Shown: in pieces, positions 52,059 through 60,967 of the stretch
Layout: every line of letters starts with the position of its first letter
Position numbering within the stretch: the first letter of the stretch is position 1
From: an uncultured Acidobacteriota bacterium
GTDB taxonomy: Bacteria > Acidobacteriota > Thermoanaerobaculia > Gp7-AA8
Reading direction: 5' to 3'
Length of the DNA stretch: 64,000 bases
Assembly: GCA_963741955.1 (NCBI GenBank)
Contig: CAVUKB010000007.1
Coordinates: forward strand, 1,235,628 to 1,299,627
Translations under genes and position numbers: made by a program
Notes under the pieces: generated by a model
What the model saw: only the letters and a program-made list of their open reading frames with translations
The model's database searches: none
Told to the model about the DNA's origin: nothing

Positions 52059-54427
52059 TACTCCTCGAGGTTCGCTCCCGCCGTGCCCGTCGTGGAATGG
52101 AGAAAAGCCTGATGGTAACGGGCCTGACGAAGCGCCTCGTCCAGTGCTGCTTTGTCGCCGTTGCGTGAGTCGATGTCTGCGAGGAGGAACCAGGCGAGGG
52201 CCTTCATCTCGTGGTCCTTCGCCCGTTCGAGGCCGAGCCGGGCGTACTTCGCGGCTTCTGCGACACGGCCGGGCTGATCGAGAAGAACGCGCGCCAGCAT
52301 CAGAGGCGGACGCGCGCCGTGCTCCGGATCGTTGTCGACCACGACGCGAATCACGGATTCGGCTCCGGCCCGGTCCCCGAGACGGAAGAGGAGCTCAGCC
52401 AGGTTGAACCTCGCCACCATCTCCTTCGGCTGCGCCTCGATCTCCGCGTGGTACGCGGCAGTTGCTTCCACGAAACGCTTCTGCTGCTCGCGGAGGAGCG
52501 CGAGGTGATAGTGGGCGAGGGGAAACTTCGGATATTCGCTGATGATGTCGGTGAGAATCCGTTCGGCTTCGTCCAGGTGTCCGGTTCCGATCAGACACGC
52601 CGCGAGGTTGTTGCGGCTGCGGGTGAGCTTCGGCTGGATCTCGACGACCTTCCGGAGGAGCGGGAGGGCGGCGGTGTGGTCGTTGCGGCTGATGTAAACG
52701 TCCGCCATCAGTTCCCAGGCCCGGGCGTTCTTCTCGTCCCTGGCGAGAGCGGTGCGGCAGATCGCGATGACGTCGTCGTCTCGTCCTTCATCCGAGAGGA
52801 TCTCGGCCATGGAGATCAGAGCCTGCGGATTCCCCGGGTCCCTCTTCAGGTAGCGATCGAGAATCGCCTTTGCCTTTCCGATCTCCTTCGTCTTCCGGTA
52901 GACGGAAGCGAGGAGGATCTGGGCCTGTGGGACATCGGGATCCTCGCTCAACACCTTCTGCAGGACCTCGGAAGCCTCGGTGTACTCATTCCTGAAGATC
53001 AGTTGTGCCGCATAGCCGACACCTTCATAGAGAACCAGTTTGTCTTTCGGGTCGGCGAGTTTGCTTTCGTCTTCGGTGCGGGCGGAACCTCCGCCGAGGT
53101 ATCCGAGTGAGGAGAGCTTCGCCATCGTCTCCGCATCGAGATTGGCCTCGGCGGCTTCGGGCGCTCCTTCTTCGATCTTCGTGCGCATCGTAGTGAGAGT
53201 GGCGCGGAGCTCATGCGCGACGCGGCGCTGGTCGTCGAGATGGTTGGCTTTCTCGTCGGGATCACTACGAAGGTCGTAGAGCTCGGCGCGGGGAGCCTCG
53301 ATGTACTTGTAGTCGTTGGTGCGAATGCTGTAGAGGCCACTCCAACCGTACTGGAGCTTCGTCGCCACCGATTCGCTGTACGCATAGCGGGGTGCAGCGG
53401 GCTCACCGCCATCGATCAGGGAGGCGAACGACTCGCCCTGGACGCTCTTTACGGGCTCGTCCCCGAGAAACTCGAGAATGGTGGGGAAGATGTCGACGGT
53501 ACTGACCTGTGCGGCCACTCGTTTTCCGCCGCTGCCGTTCGAGGGGAGGTGGACCAGGAGAGGGACGTGAACGGCGTAGTCGTAGATGAAGTAGCCATGC
53601 TCCGATTCGCCGTGACTCCCGAGGCCTTCGCCGTGATCTCCGACTACCACCACGATGGTGTCTTTGGCGAGGCCGCGGGCAGAGAGGGCGTCAAGGAGGC
53701 GTCCGACCTGGGAATCGACGAACGCGATCTCGCCGTCGTAGAGAGAGCTCGGATCGTCCGACGTGAAGCGTGAACGGAACGGCTCGGGAGGTTCGTAAGG
53801 GGTGTGTGCATCGTAGAGATGCACCCACGCGAAGAACGGTTTGGGACCCGGCTCGTCGAGCCATTTCAGCGCGGCGTCGACGACCTGATTCGCGGGACGT
53901 TGAACTCCGGCGAGATCGAGACGCTGGTCCGCTCCGATCTGGAAATCGTCGTCGTAGCGATCGAATCCCTGATTGAGGCCCCACCGTCCGTCGAGCACGA
54001 ATGCGCCGACGAACCCGCCGGTGCGGTAGCCGTCCTGCCGAAGCCGTTCCGCCATGGTCACGTTCGCCTCTGCGAGCCCGGCGTTCCCGTTGATCCGGAC
54101 TCCATGGTAAGGAGGGTAGGTTCCGGTCATGATCGACGAGTGTGACGGGAGAGTGTAGGCAGTCGGAGTGATGCAGTGCTCGAAGAGAATGCCTTCGCGG
54201 GCGAGACGATCGAGGCGGGGCGTCTCCGCACGGGTGTCGCCGTAGCAGCCGAGATGGTCCGCGCGGGTGGTGTCGAGAGTGATCAGGAGGATGTTCGCCT
54301 TCCGGTAGATCGCAGCCTGGCTCCGGTTCACGGTCAGAGGAGTGCGGCGCCAGAGAAACGACCACGCGCCGACGACGACCACCAGCAATGCGACTGCGAA
54401 TATCCAGATGCGTCGTGACGAGATCAT
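52058..54427 (-). CDS. Sulfatase-like (alkaline phosphatase superfamily) hydrolase with C-terminal TPRs
   Basis: NILLITLDTTRADH, TLPSHSSIMTG, HLYDAHTPY, VGDHGE and ELYDL; TPR tail; stop overlaps the GH9 start (TAATG). Confidence 0.9.
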   Translation of the reverse strand: MISSRRIWIFAVALLVVVVGAWSFLWRRTPLTVNRSQAAIYRKANILLITLDTTRADHLGCYGDTRAETPRLDRLAREGILFEHCITPTAYTLPSHSSIMTGTYPPYHGVRINGNAGLAEANVTMAERLRQDGYRTGGFVGAFVLDGRWGLNQGFDRYDDDFQIGADQRLDLAGVQRPANQVVDAALKWLDEPGPKPFFAWVHLYDAHTPYEPPEPFRSRFTSDDPSSLYDGEIAFVDSQVGRLLDALSARGLAKDTIVVVVGDHGEGLGSHGESEHGYFIYDYAVHVPLLVHLPSNGSGGKRVAAQVSTVDIFPTILEFLGDEPVKSVQGESFASLIDGGEPAAPRYAYSESVATKLQYGWSGLYSIRTNDYKYIEAPRAELYDLRSDPDEKANHLDDQRRVAHELRATLTTMRTKIEEGAPEAAEANLDAETMAKLSSLGYLGGGSARTEDESKLADPKDKLVLYEGVGYAAQLIFRNEYTEASEVLQKVLSEDPDVPQAQILLASVYRKTKEIGKAKAILDRYLKRDPGNPQALISMAEILSDEGRDDDVIAICRTALARDEKNARAWELMADVYISRNDHTAALPLLRKVVEIQPKLTRSRNNLAACLIGTGHLDEAERILTDIISEYPKFPLAHYHLALLREQQKRFVEATAAYHAEIEAQPKEMVARFNLAELLFRLGDRAGAESVIRVVVDNDPEHGARPPLMLARVLLDQPGRVAEAAKYARLGLERAKDHEMKALAWFLLADIDSRNGDKAALDEALRQARYHQAFLHSTTGTAGANLEE

Positions 54428-54600
54428 CTCGGGGCCCGGCTCTATTCTCTTCGATTTCTTGTGGAGAGGCTGGGATTTTCGTTCACCCGCGCGAAGAGCG
54501 CGTCGGAGGATCGGTCGAGGATGCCGGCTTCCGTCGTCTTGCTGCGCTCGCGTATTCGAGCACGATCTCGTCCCGCTCCGCGGACGAGAGAGGGGAGAGG

Positions 54601-54628
54601 AGGGGAGGATCCCGAAGGATCCTCCCCT
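54601..54628 (-). terminator. Strong hairpin with cUUCGg tetraloop after the TonB receptor gene
   Basis: Minus strand AGGGGAGGATCC-TTCG-GGATCCTCCCCT; no U-tract, so it may stabilise the transcript or only partly terminate. Confidence 0.6.
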
Positions 54629-54634
54629 GATGAA

Positions 54635-57600
54635 TCAGCCTCCGAACGAGTACTTCACTCCCATGCGATACGTCCGTGGCTGCACGATCGAATAGACACG
54701 GCCGTAATCTCCCTCGTAGAAACCGACCTTGTTCGGCGAGTTCTCGTTGAACGCATTCAGTACGTCGAACGAGATTCTCAGCGCGCCGAAGCCGCCGGCT
54801 TTGAGGCTCTTGGAAAGACTCAGGTCGACGATGGACGTCGACGGGAGCCAATCGGGATGTTTCGGATCACTGGCGACCATGCCGCCGTCGCCCGGTCCGA
54901 GATAGACACCTTCCGGGATCTCGCTCATCCAGGTCGCGAAGACCGGGATGGTCTGGATCGGGAAGATCGGGCGTCCGCTATCGTAGCGGTACCGCAGTCC
55001 GAAGTCCGTCTCGATCATTGGCAGAGTGTAGTTGCCGGAGATCTTGACCATCCACTTCGGGGTCATCGGCAGCGGCCCTTCCATGTTGTTCTGGAAGTGA
55101 TTTCTCGAGCTGCCGAACGGGGTATCCATCACCATCGGTCCATCGATGTACCAGTTCTGATCGACGGTCCTGGGTGCGATCCCGTTGCTGCGGTTCCAGT
55201 TGATGGAAGCCATTCCCTGCCAGCGGTCGGAATAGCGTTTGGTGAAGACGGTCTGCAGGCCGTCGTATGTGCGAGTGGCGTCCTGTCCCGCGAAGTCCTG
55301 AACGTTGACCGCGCGGTACCTCAGGTGATTGGACACGAAGACCGCGTCCTGGACGTCCGCCACGCCGTCGCCGTTGTAGTCCTGGAGCTGGATGCTCCAG
55401 ACCTGGGTGTTGTAGCCCGTCCAGGTGGTGAACGGCAGCGACTCCCACTGGTAGAACTCACCGGTGGCCGTGTTGTACGGCTCGAGCGAGATCATGTCGT
55501 TGGTTTTCTTGTGGATGTATCCGAACTCCACGGCGAACTTGCTGCCGATCTGTCTCTGGATGGAGAGGTTGTACTGATCGGTGTAAGGGCTGCGGGTTCC
55601 GGGATCGACCTGCAGATACCAGCTCGGATCCGAGACGTTGCTCGACATCAGCGACGAGGGATCGTACTTGTTGAGCAGGCGCGTCGCCGGTCGCACCTCT
55701 TCGAAATCGACCATCCCGTTTCCGTTGAGGTCGACCTCCGACATCGGCAGAAGGTACAGCCAGGTCTCGGTCAGAGACGGTTCCATGTCCGGACCGAAGC
55801 GACGCAGCGCTTCGACCCCCATCGGCGCGTAGTAGCGACCGACGTGTCCTCGCAGGACGGTCTTGTTGTCTCCGGTGATGTTCCATGCAAATCCGAGTCG
55901 AGGAGACCACGTCTTGAAGTCGAAGACGTTGCCGGTTCCAGCCCGGTTTCTGAGAACGGTGGGATTGTTGATGTCCGCCGGCGTGGTGGGCATCTCGTAG
56001 ACCTTCCCTTCGCCGTACTTCGCGGTCATCTCGTCGTAGCGGAGTCCGACGTTGAGGGTGAGCCGGTCGTTGAGGTCCCACGTGTCATCGAAGAACGCCC
56101 CGGTGGATCCCGACTTCCGGACGGTGAGCCACGGGTTGCGGTAGATCTTGTTCACGTACATCGGGAAAACCGGATTCTCGTCGGTTCCCCACTGCCATGA
56201 CTCGGGACCGTTCCACCACCAGTCTTTCGCCGGACCGTAGTCCCACGGATAGGGGTAGGCGAAGTTGGCGTAGCCCTGGAAGTAGCCGCCTTCCCAGTTT
56301 CCTTCGGCCTTGGTGTACTGGACGCCGAATTTCATCTCATGTTCGCCGAGGAAATGCTCGGCGTAGTGAGTGATGTCGGCCTGGAGCGTCTGGCGTTTCG
56401 ACTTCTGCGCTTCGACGAAGGGGAAATCACCACCGAGCCCGATGCTCTGGGCGCCGATCCACTTCCACCAGTTGACCCAGCCGGGATGTCCGTACTCGGC
56501 GGGGATGGTGGGATCCTGTTTGGTGTCGTAACCGAGAAGCTTACCCGAGACGAGATCGTGGCTCGAGATCATCCATTGATACTCGGCCTGAAGGGTCTGG
56601 TTCTTCTGGGGCGAGGTGTAGACCATGCTCGCATCCCAGGTGTCGCCCCAGGACGTGTTGTCGGACTGTGTATCTTCGCCGTGATACGCGAGCCAGGCCC
56701 GGTGATTCATGGCGAACTCGCCGGTGAACTTCAGGTCGTACAACTTCGCCTTCCAGATCGCCAGCGGCTCGAAGAGCGGCGTGTCGGTCTTGGAGCGGAC
56801 ATCGTTGTATGCGGCGAAGAACCACAGCTTGTTCTTCAGAACCGGTCCGCCGAACGTGATGCTCGCGTCGTCACTGTCGACCGGACGAGTCATCAGCGCG
56901 GCGTCGGGGGCGGCGTAATAGATCCCCCCGAAGTTGGTGGTCATGTTGTCGCTCGCGTTCCCCACCATCCCGTAGTAGGCGAGGTCGCCCATGAAGTCGT
57001 TGCCGCCGGACTTGGTCAGCACGTCGATGGCCGCGCCGGAGAAGCTCCCGTACTCGGCCTTCGACCCGGTGGCGATGATCTTCACTTCCTGCACCGTGTT
57101 GTAGTTGACGTTGACCAGCGAGCCCCACGAAGCGCCGCGAGGATTCGTGGCATTGACGCCGTTGACCAGGAAGATGTTCTCGTTCGCCGCACTACCGAGT
57201 ACCGAGGGGCTCGGTAGCCACGACTCTTCCTTCCCGACCGGAGCGACACCGGGAGCGCTCGTCGCGAGGTCGTAGAACGCGCTCCTGCCGGTCGGTACGA
57301 CCTCCAGAAGCTCTTTCGAGAAGGTTGTGTCGGTCGTCGCCGAGCGGGTGTCGAACACCGGCGAGTCAGCGGTCACGATGATCGTCTCTTCGTACGAGCC
57401 GGGCTCGAGCCTCACCTTGAAAGAGGCCTTGTCGCCGGCCCGGATCACGATCCCCTTCTGCGAATACGTGGAGAAGCCGTCGAGGCTCGCCCTCAGTTCA
57501 TAACTTCCGGGAGGAATGGAGAGAAAGACGAATCGTCCTTCGTCATCGGAGACCATCATCCGCTCTCCCGAGACCAGCGCGGGGCTGATGATCGTGACAG

Positions 57601-57754
57601 TGACCCCGGGAGCCGGCTCACCGGAGCTGAGATACACAGTTCCCGTCAGCGATCCTTCGTGGACGGCCTGCGCCCACGCCGGGCTGACGGCAACCAGCGC
57701 GAGGATCAGACAGACTCCCAGCGGGCCCGCTATTCTGTTCAGACATCTGACCAT
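54635..57754 (-). CDS. TonB-dependent receptor (Oar-like, N-terminal carboxypeptidase-regulatory-like domain)
   Basis: LTGTV..PGVTVT..GRFVF..PGSYEL; plug AEYG..GAAIDVLTKSGGN; LTLNVGLRY, SPRLGFAW and PRTYRMGVKYSF; AAGGAG RBS before the ATG at 57754. Confidence 0.93.
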   Translation of the reverse strand: MVRCLNRIAGPLGVCLILALVAVSPAWAQAVHEGSLTGTVYLSSGEPAPGVTVTIISPALVSGERMMVSDDEGRFVFLSIPPGSYELRASLDGFSTYSQKGIVIRAGDKASFKVRLEPGSYEETIIVTADSPVFDTRSATTDTTFSKELLEVVPTGRSAFYDLATSAPGVAPVGKEESWLPSPSVLGSAANENIFLVNGVNATNPRGASWGSLVNVNYNTVQEVKIIATGSKAEYGSFSGAAIDVLTKSGGNDFMGDLAYYGMVGNASDNMTTNFGGIYYAAPDAALMTRPVDSDDASITFGGPVLKNKLWFFAAYNDVRSKTDTPLFEPLAIWKAKLYDLKFTGEFAMNHRAWLAYHGEDTQSDNTSWGDTWDASMVYTSPQKNQTLQAEYQWMISSHDLVSGKLLGYDTKQDPTIPAEYGHPGWVNWWKWIGAQSIGLGGDFPFVEAQKSKRQTLQADITHYAEHFLGEHEMKFGVQYTKAEGNWEGGYFQGYANFAYPYPWDYGPAKDWWWNGPESWQWGTDENPVFPMYVNKIYRNPWLTVRKSGSTGAFFDDTWDLNDRLTLNVGLRYDEMTAKYGEGKVYEMPTTPADINNPTVLRNRAGTGNVFDFKTWSPRLGFAWNITGDNKTVLRGHVGRYYAPMGVEALRRFGPDMEPSLTETWLYLLPMSEVDLNGNGMVDFEEVRPATRLLNKYDPSSLMSSNVSDPSWYLQVDPGTRSPYTDQYNLSIQRQIGSKFAVEFGYIHKKTNDMISLEPYNTATGEFYQWESLPFTTWTGYNTQVWSIQLQDYNGDGVADVQDAVFVSNHLRYRAVNVQDFAGQDATRTYDGLQTVFTKRYSDRWQGMASINWNRSNGIAPRTVDQNWYIDGPMVMDTPFGSSRNHFQNNMEGPLPMTPKWMVKISGNYTLPMIETDFGLRYRYDSGRPIFPIQTIPVFATWMSEIPEGVYLGPGDGGMVASDPKHPDWLPSTSIVDLSLSKSLKAGGFGALRISFDVLNAFNENSPNKVGFYEGDYGRVYSIVQPRTYRMGVKYSFGG

Positions 57755-58044
57755 GATCGCTCCTTTCACGTTTTCGACAGCGGTAGAACACGATTGAAAC
57801 CTGCACCTCTATCCGCACCGCCCCGTGCGGAAAGGTGAGCTCGAAGGCTGAGGGAAACCGGCCGATCCGGAGAGACGCCGGGAGAGGGGAAACGGAGGAG
57901 GATCGGAGCCGCGCAGCTCCCGGGTCCGGCTCGCCGCCGGGCCTCCGCGTCTCGGATTCGCGGTGCCGCGAACCCGCTTTCGAATCCGTCCATCACGTCT
58001 GCTCCAGTTCACCGGGGCGTAATTCTCGAGAATGCGGGAGCTGG

Positions 58045-58095
58045 TTGATTTTGCAATCGAGGTTCTGTTACCGTGGGTTTACTTAAACGATTTAA
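58045..58095 (+). promoter_or_regulatory. Putative promoter and LacI operator (copy 3) upstream of the SSS transporter
   Basis: TTGATT (58045), TGn-TACCGT (58066-74), operator CTTAAACGATTTAA at 58082-58095. Confidence 0.7.
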
Positions 58096-58176
58096 CTGCG
58101 AGAAGGACACAAGTCAAGTTTTTTTCATGAAAACGGAATCCGGAGAGCCCTCCCTCTCTCCCTGGCGAGGTGAGAA

Positions 58177-60084
58177 ATGCCCGTTGCCGCGTCTCTCGTT
58201 CCCTTCGTCCCTCTCGACTGGATCTGGACCGCCGCCTTCATCGCTCTGATGATCGCGTGCGGGGTGATCTTCTACCGCCTCGGCAAACGGAGCGAATCCG
58301 ACTTCTTTCTCGCCGGGCGCGGACTCCCCTGGTGGCTTCCCGCGACCTCCGTCTACGCCACCCACACCGCGACCGATACGCCGATGTGGATCGGCGGGAC
58401 GATCTACCGGTGGGGGATGCGCGGGATCTGGTACCCGTTCTTCAGCGCCTGGTGCGCGGTCTCGCCGTTCGTATCCACCCGGATCTTCCGGCGCTCGATG
58501 GCGATGAGCCAGGCCGAGTGGCAGAACCTCCGCTACTCGGGACTCGGCGCGCATCTGCTGCGCGGCTGGCTGGCCGGGTGGCAGACGTTCATGAACATGT
58601 TCGTCGTCGCGTGGGTCTCGGCGGCGATGGGAAAAGTCTGCACGTACCTGTTCGGCTGGCCGCCGTGGCTCGGGATCGTCCTCTTCACCACCATCTGCGC
58701 GGTCTACGTCCTCGCCGCGGGCTACTGGGGCGTGGTGATGGCCGACTTCCAGCAGGGACTGATCAGCTTCGCGGTGATCACCCTCGTGTCGCTGTGGGGA
58801 ATCGCCGAGGCCGGCGGGCCGGCGGTGATCATCCACAAGCTCAGCGTGCTGGGTGAGGGGTGGAGGACGAATCCGTTCCACTTCGACGCGCTCTGGGGGC
58901 TCGATCCGGGGAAGTTTTACGCACTCGACGTTCTCACGCTCCTCTTCATGGCCCTCCTCGGCGGTCTGGGGATGGGGAACTTCATCGACTGGTACCCCGA
59001 AGCGCAGCGGATCCAGAGCGCGCGGACGGTGCGTGACGCCTCGTACTCCATCTGGGCGGGAGGACTCGCCGCAATCTTCCGCAACTCGTTCTGGGCGGTG
59101 TCGATCCTGGCGTTCTTCGTCCTCTTCCCGCACATCACGAGCCCCGGTACGTACGAATTCGGTTGGTTTCGCCTCGGCTTCGACTACATGCCCGCGGGAC
59201 TGATCGGGATGTTGTTCGCGGGGATCATCGCCATCCATCTCTCGACCATCTCCACCCATCTCAATCTCGGAGCGCTCTATGCGACGCGCGACCTCTACCA
59301 CCACTACGTGAATCCGAAGGCGGACGAGAATCACCTGGTGAAGGTGGGACGGGTGAACACGTTCTTCCTCCTCGTCGGGAGTTTCGTCCTCGCGCTCTCG
59401 ATGGAGTCGATCACCGCGTGGCTGATCTTCGCCCTGTGGCTGCAGGCGGCAGGGATCTGGGTTCCGTCGATCCTGCAGGTTCTCTGGTGGCGTTTCAACT
59501 CGTGGGCTTACCTCGCGAGCTGGATCGCAAATCTGGCGATGAGCTGGCTGGTGGTGTTCGTCCTCCCCGCACTGGGGATCCTGCCGGAGCTTCCGGACTG
59601 GCTGAATTTCTGGCTTCTCGCGTTTCTGGTCTCCCTGGTGTACGTGCCGGTCTGCTTCCTGACGAAGCCGGACGACATGGATCATCTGGTCGAGTACTAC
59701 GTCCAGGCCCGTCCGGCGGGATGGTGGGCTCCGGTGAGGAAGGAAGCGATCCGGCGCGGGATGATGACCCCGGAGATCTCGGAGCGGAAGGGGTGGTTCG
59801 AGCAGCAGTGGAGTCCGGAAGAGGCGGACGACTGGACGCGACACGACGTCTACGCGGCAATCCTCTCCGCGCTCTGCTACGTCCTGGTGGCGGTCGGAAT
59901 CGCCGGTGCACTGCTGCTGCAGGTCTGGGGATTCGTGGCGCTGGTCGGGAGTGTCGTCTGCGGCTGGCTGATGTACCGGATCATCGACCCGAAGCTCAGG
60001 GCACTCTCGGCCGCGTTCGAACTGAACCAGAAGGGATACCTCGATCGCATGAACCGCCGCACCCGTTGGGAGGACCCACAGTGA
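58177..60084 (+). CDS. Sodium:solute symporter family protein
   Basis: DFFLAGRGLPWW, GYWGVVMADFQQ, QRIQSAR and STISTHLN motifs. Confidence 0.92.
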   Translation: MPVAASLVPFVPLDWIWTAAFIALMIACGVIFYRLGKRSESDFFLAGRGLPWWLPATSVYATHTATDTPMWIGGTIYRWGMRGIWYPFFSAWCAVSPFVSTRIFRRSMAMSQAEWQNLRYSGLGAHLLRGWLAGWQTFMNMFVVAWVSAAMGKVCTYLFGWPPWLGIVLFTTICAVYVLAAGYWGVVMADFQQGLISFAVITLVSLWGIAEAGGPAVIIHKLSVLGEGWRTNPFHFDALWGLDPGKFYALDVLTLLFMALLGGLGMGNFIDWYPEAQRIQSARTVRDASYSIWAGGLAAIFRNSFWAVSILAFFVLFPHITSPGTYEFGWFRLGFDYMPAGLIGMLFAGIIAIHLSTISTHLNLGALYATRDLYHHYVNPKADENHLVKVGRVNTFFLLVGSFVLALSMESITAWLIFALWLQAAGIWVPSILQVLWWRFNSWAYLASWIANLAMSWLVVFVLPALGILPELPDWLNFWLLAFLVSLVYVPVCFLTKPDDMDHLVEYYVQARPAGWWAPVRKEAIRRGMMTPEISERKGWFEQQWSPEEADDWTRHDVYAAILSALCYVLVAVGIAGALLLQVWGFVALVGSVVCGWLMYRIIDPKLRALSAAFELNQKGYLDRMNRRTRWEDPQ

Positions 60085-60542
60085 TCAGCGAAGCGATGGG
60101 GAAGATTCTCGGTATGGCCATGGCGTACGCGGTGAGCGCGCTCGGTCTGCTGCTGGCGTACTACAACTACCGGAAGAGGGTGGTGAGAGCGGAGCGGGTG
60201 ATGAGCAGCACGGCGTGGACCGTGGTCGTGATCATCTTCCTGGTGATCGGAGCGGGGGGCTGGACGGTCCACCGCCTCGCGGGGAAGGCGGCAGCGGCGG
60301 CGATCTCGGAGGAGCAGCCGACGGAGGTCGCGGCAGCATCGGAAGAGACGGCGCCGATCGCGGAGGAAGCGCCGCAGGAGGGAATGCCGCGAAGGATCAC
60401 CGATCGATGGCCGTGGGTGGGGATCGCAATCCCCGCGGCGATCTTTCTCTTCGCGACGTGGGTCACCGCCGCGTTGCACCATCACTTCGCGATCCGCGTG
60501 CACGGGGGAACGCCGGGAGAAGACCGCGTCGAGAAAGAATGA
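60081..60542 (+). CDS. Hypothetical 3-TM membrane protein
   Basis: GTG start overlapping the SSS stop (GTGA); three hydrophobic segments. Confidence 0.65.
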   Translation: MISEAMGKILGMAMAYAVSALGLLLAYYNYRKRVVRAERVMSSTAWTVVVIIFLVIGAGGWTVHRLAGKAAAAAISEEQPTEVAAASEETAPIAEEAPQEGMPRRITDRWPWVGIAIPAAIFLFATWVTAALHHHFAIRVHGGTPGEDRVEKE

Positions 60543-60763
60543 CCTGACCCCGCAGGTCGTCTCCGAGCTCGCTTAACCTTCGGAGCGGTCGCCGAAGCGA
60601 GGATGGTCGGAAGCGTGCGGCAGGAACCGATTCTGCGACGCGAGACTCCTCGCGGAGCGGTCGATGGCGGACTCCATCGCCAGGTCGATGACCACACCGG
60701 TGATGTTCCGCCTCTCAGCGGAGACTGCAGCGCAGGCCAATCGGGCCCGCAATCAAAGGAAGT

Positions 60764-60967
60764 TCACGGTCGATTCGTCCTCACCTCGTCTGCCTGTGCC
60801 TCGGCGGGCGAGCGGTATTTGAATACGCCTCTGCGGATCTGCCGCGGATGAACGCGCGACCAGAATTCGAGCACGAAGTTCATTCTGCGAACGTTTTCCT
60901 CACTTCCGGGTCTCGAGCGCTGACTGACTCGAGCTTCGTCCGAGGTCCGGAATTTCTCCACCGGCAT
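60764..60967 (-). CDS. Small basic protein, partner of the nucleotidyltransferase
   Basis: GAGGAGG RBS; ATG directly after the NTase stop; MPVEKFR..GVFKYRS..EA pattern. Confidence 0.7.
   Translation of the reverse strand: MPVEKFRTSDEARVSQRSRPGSEENVRRMNFVLEFWSRVHPRQIRRGVFKYRSPAEAQADEVRTNRP

Noticed and set aside
57770-58030. Possible cobalamin or TPP riboswitch upstream of the TonB receptor
   Set aside because: No B12-box or TPP consensus was found by eye on the minus strand.
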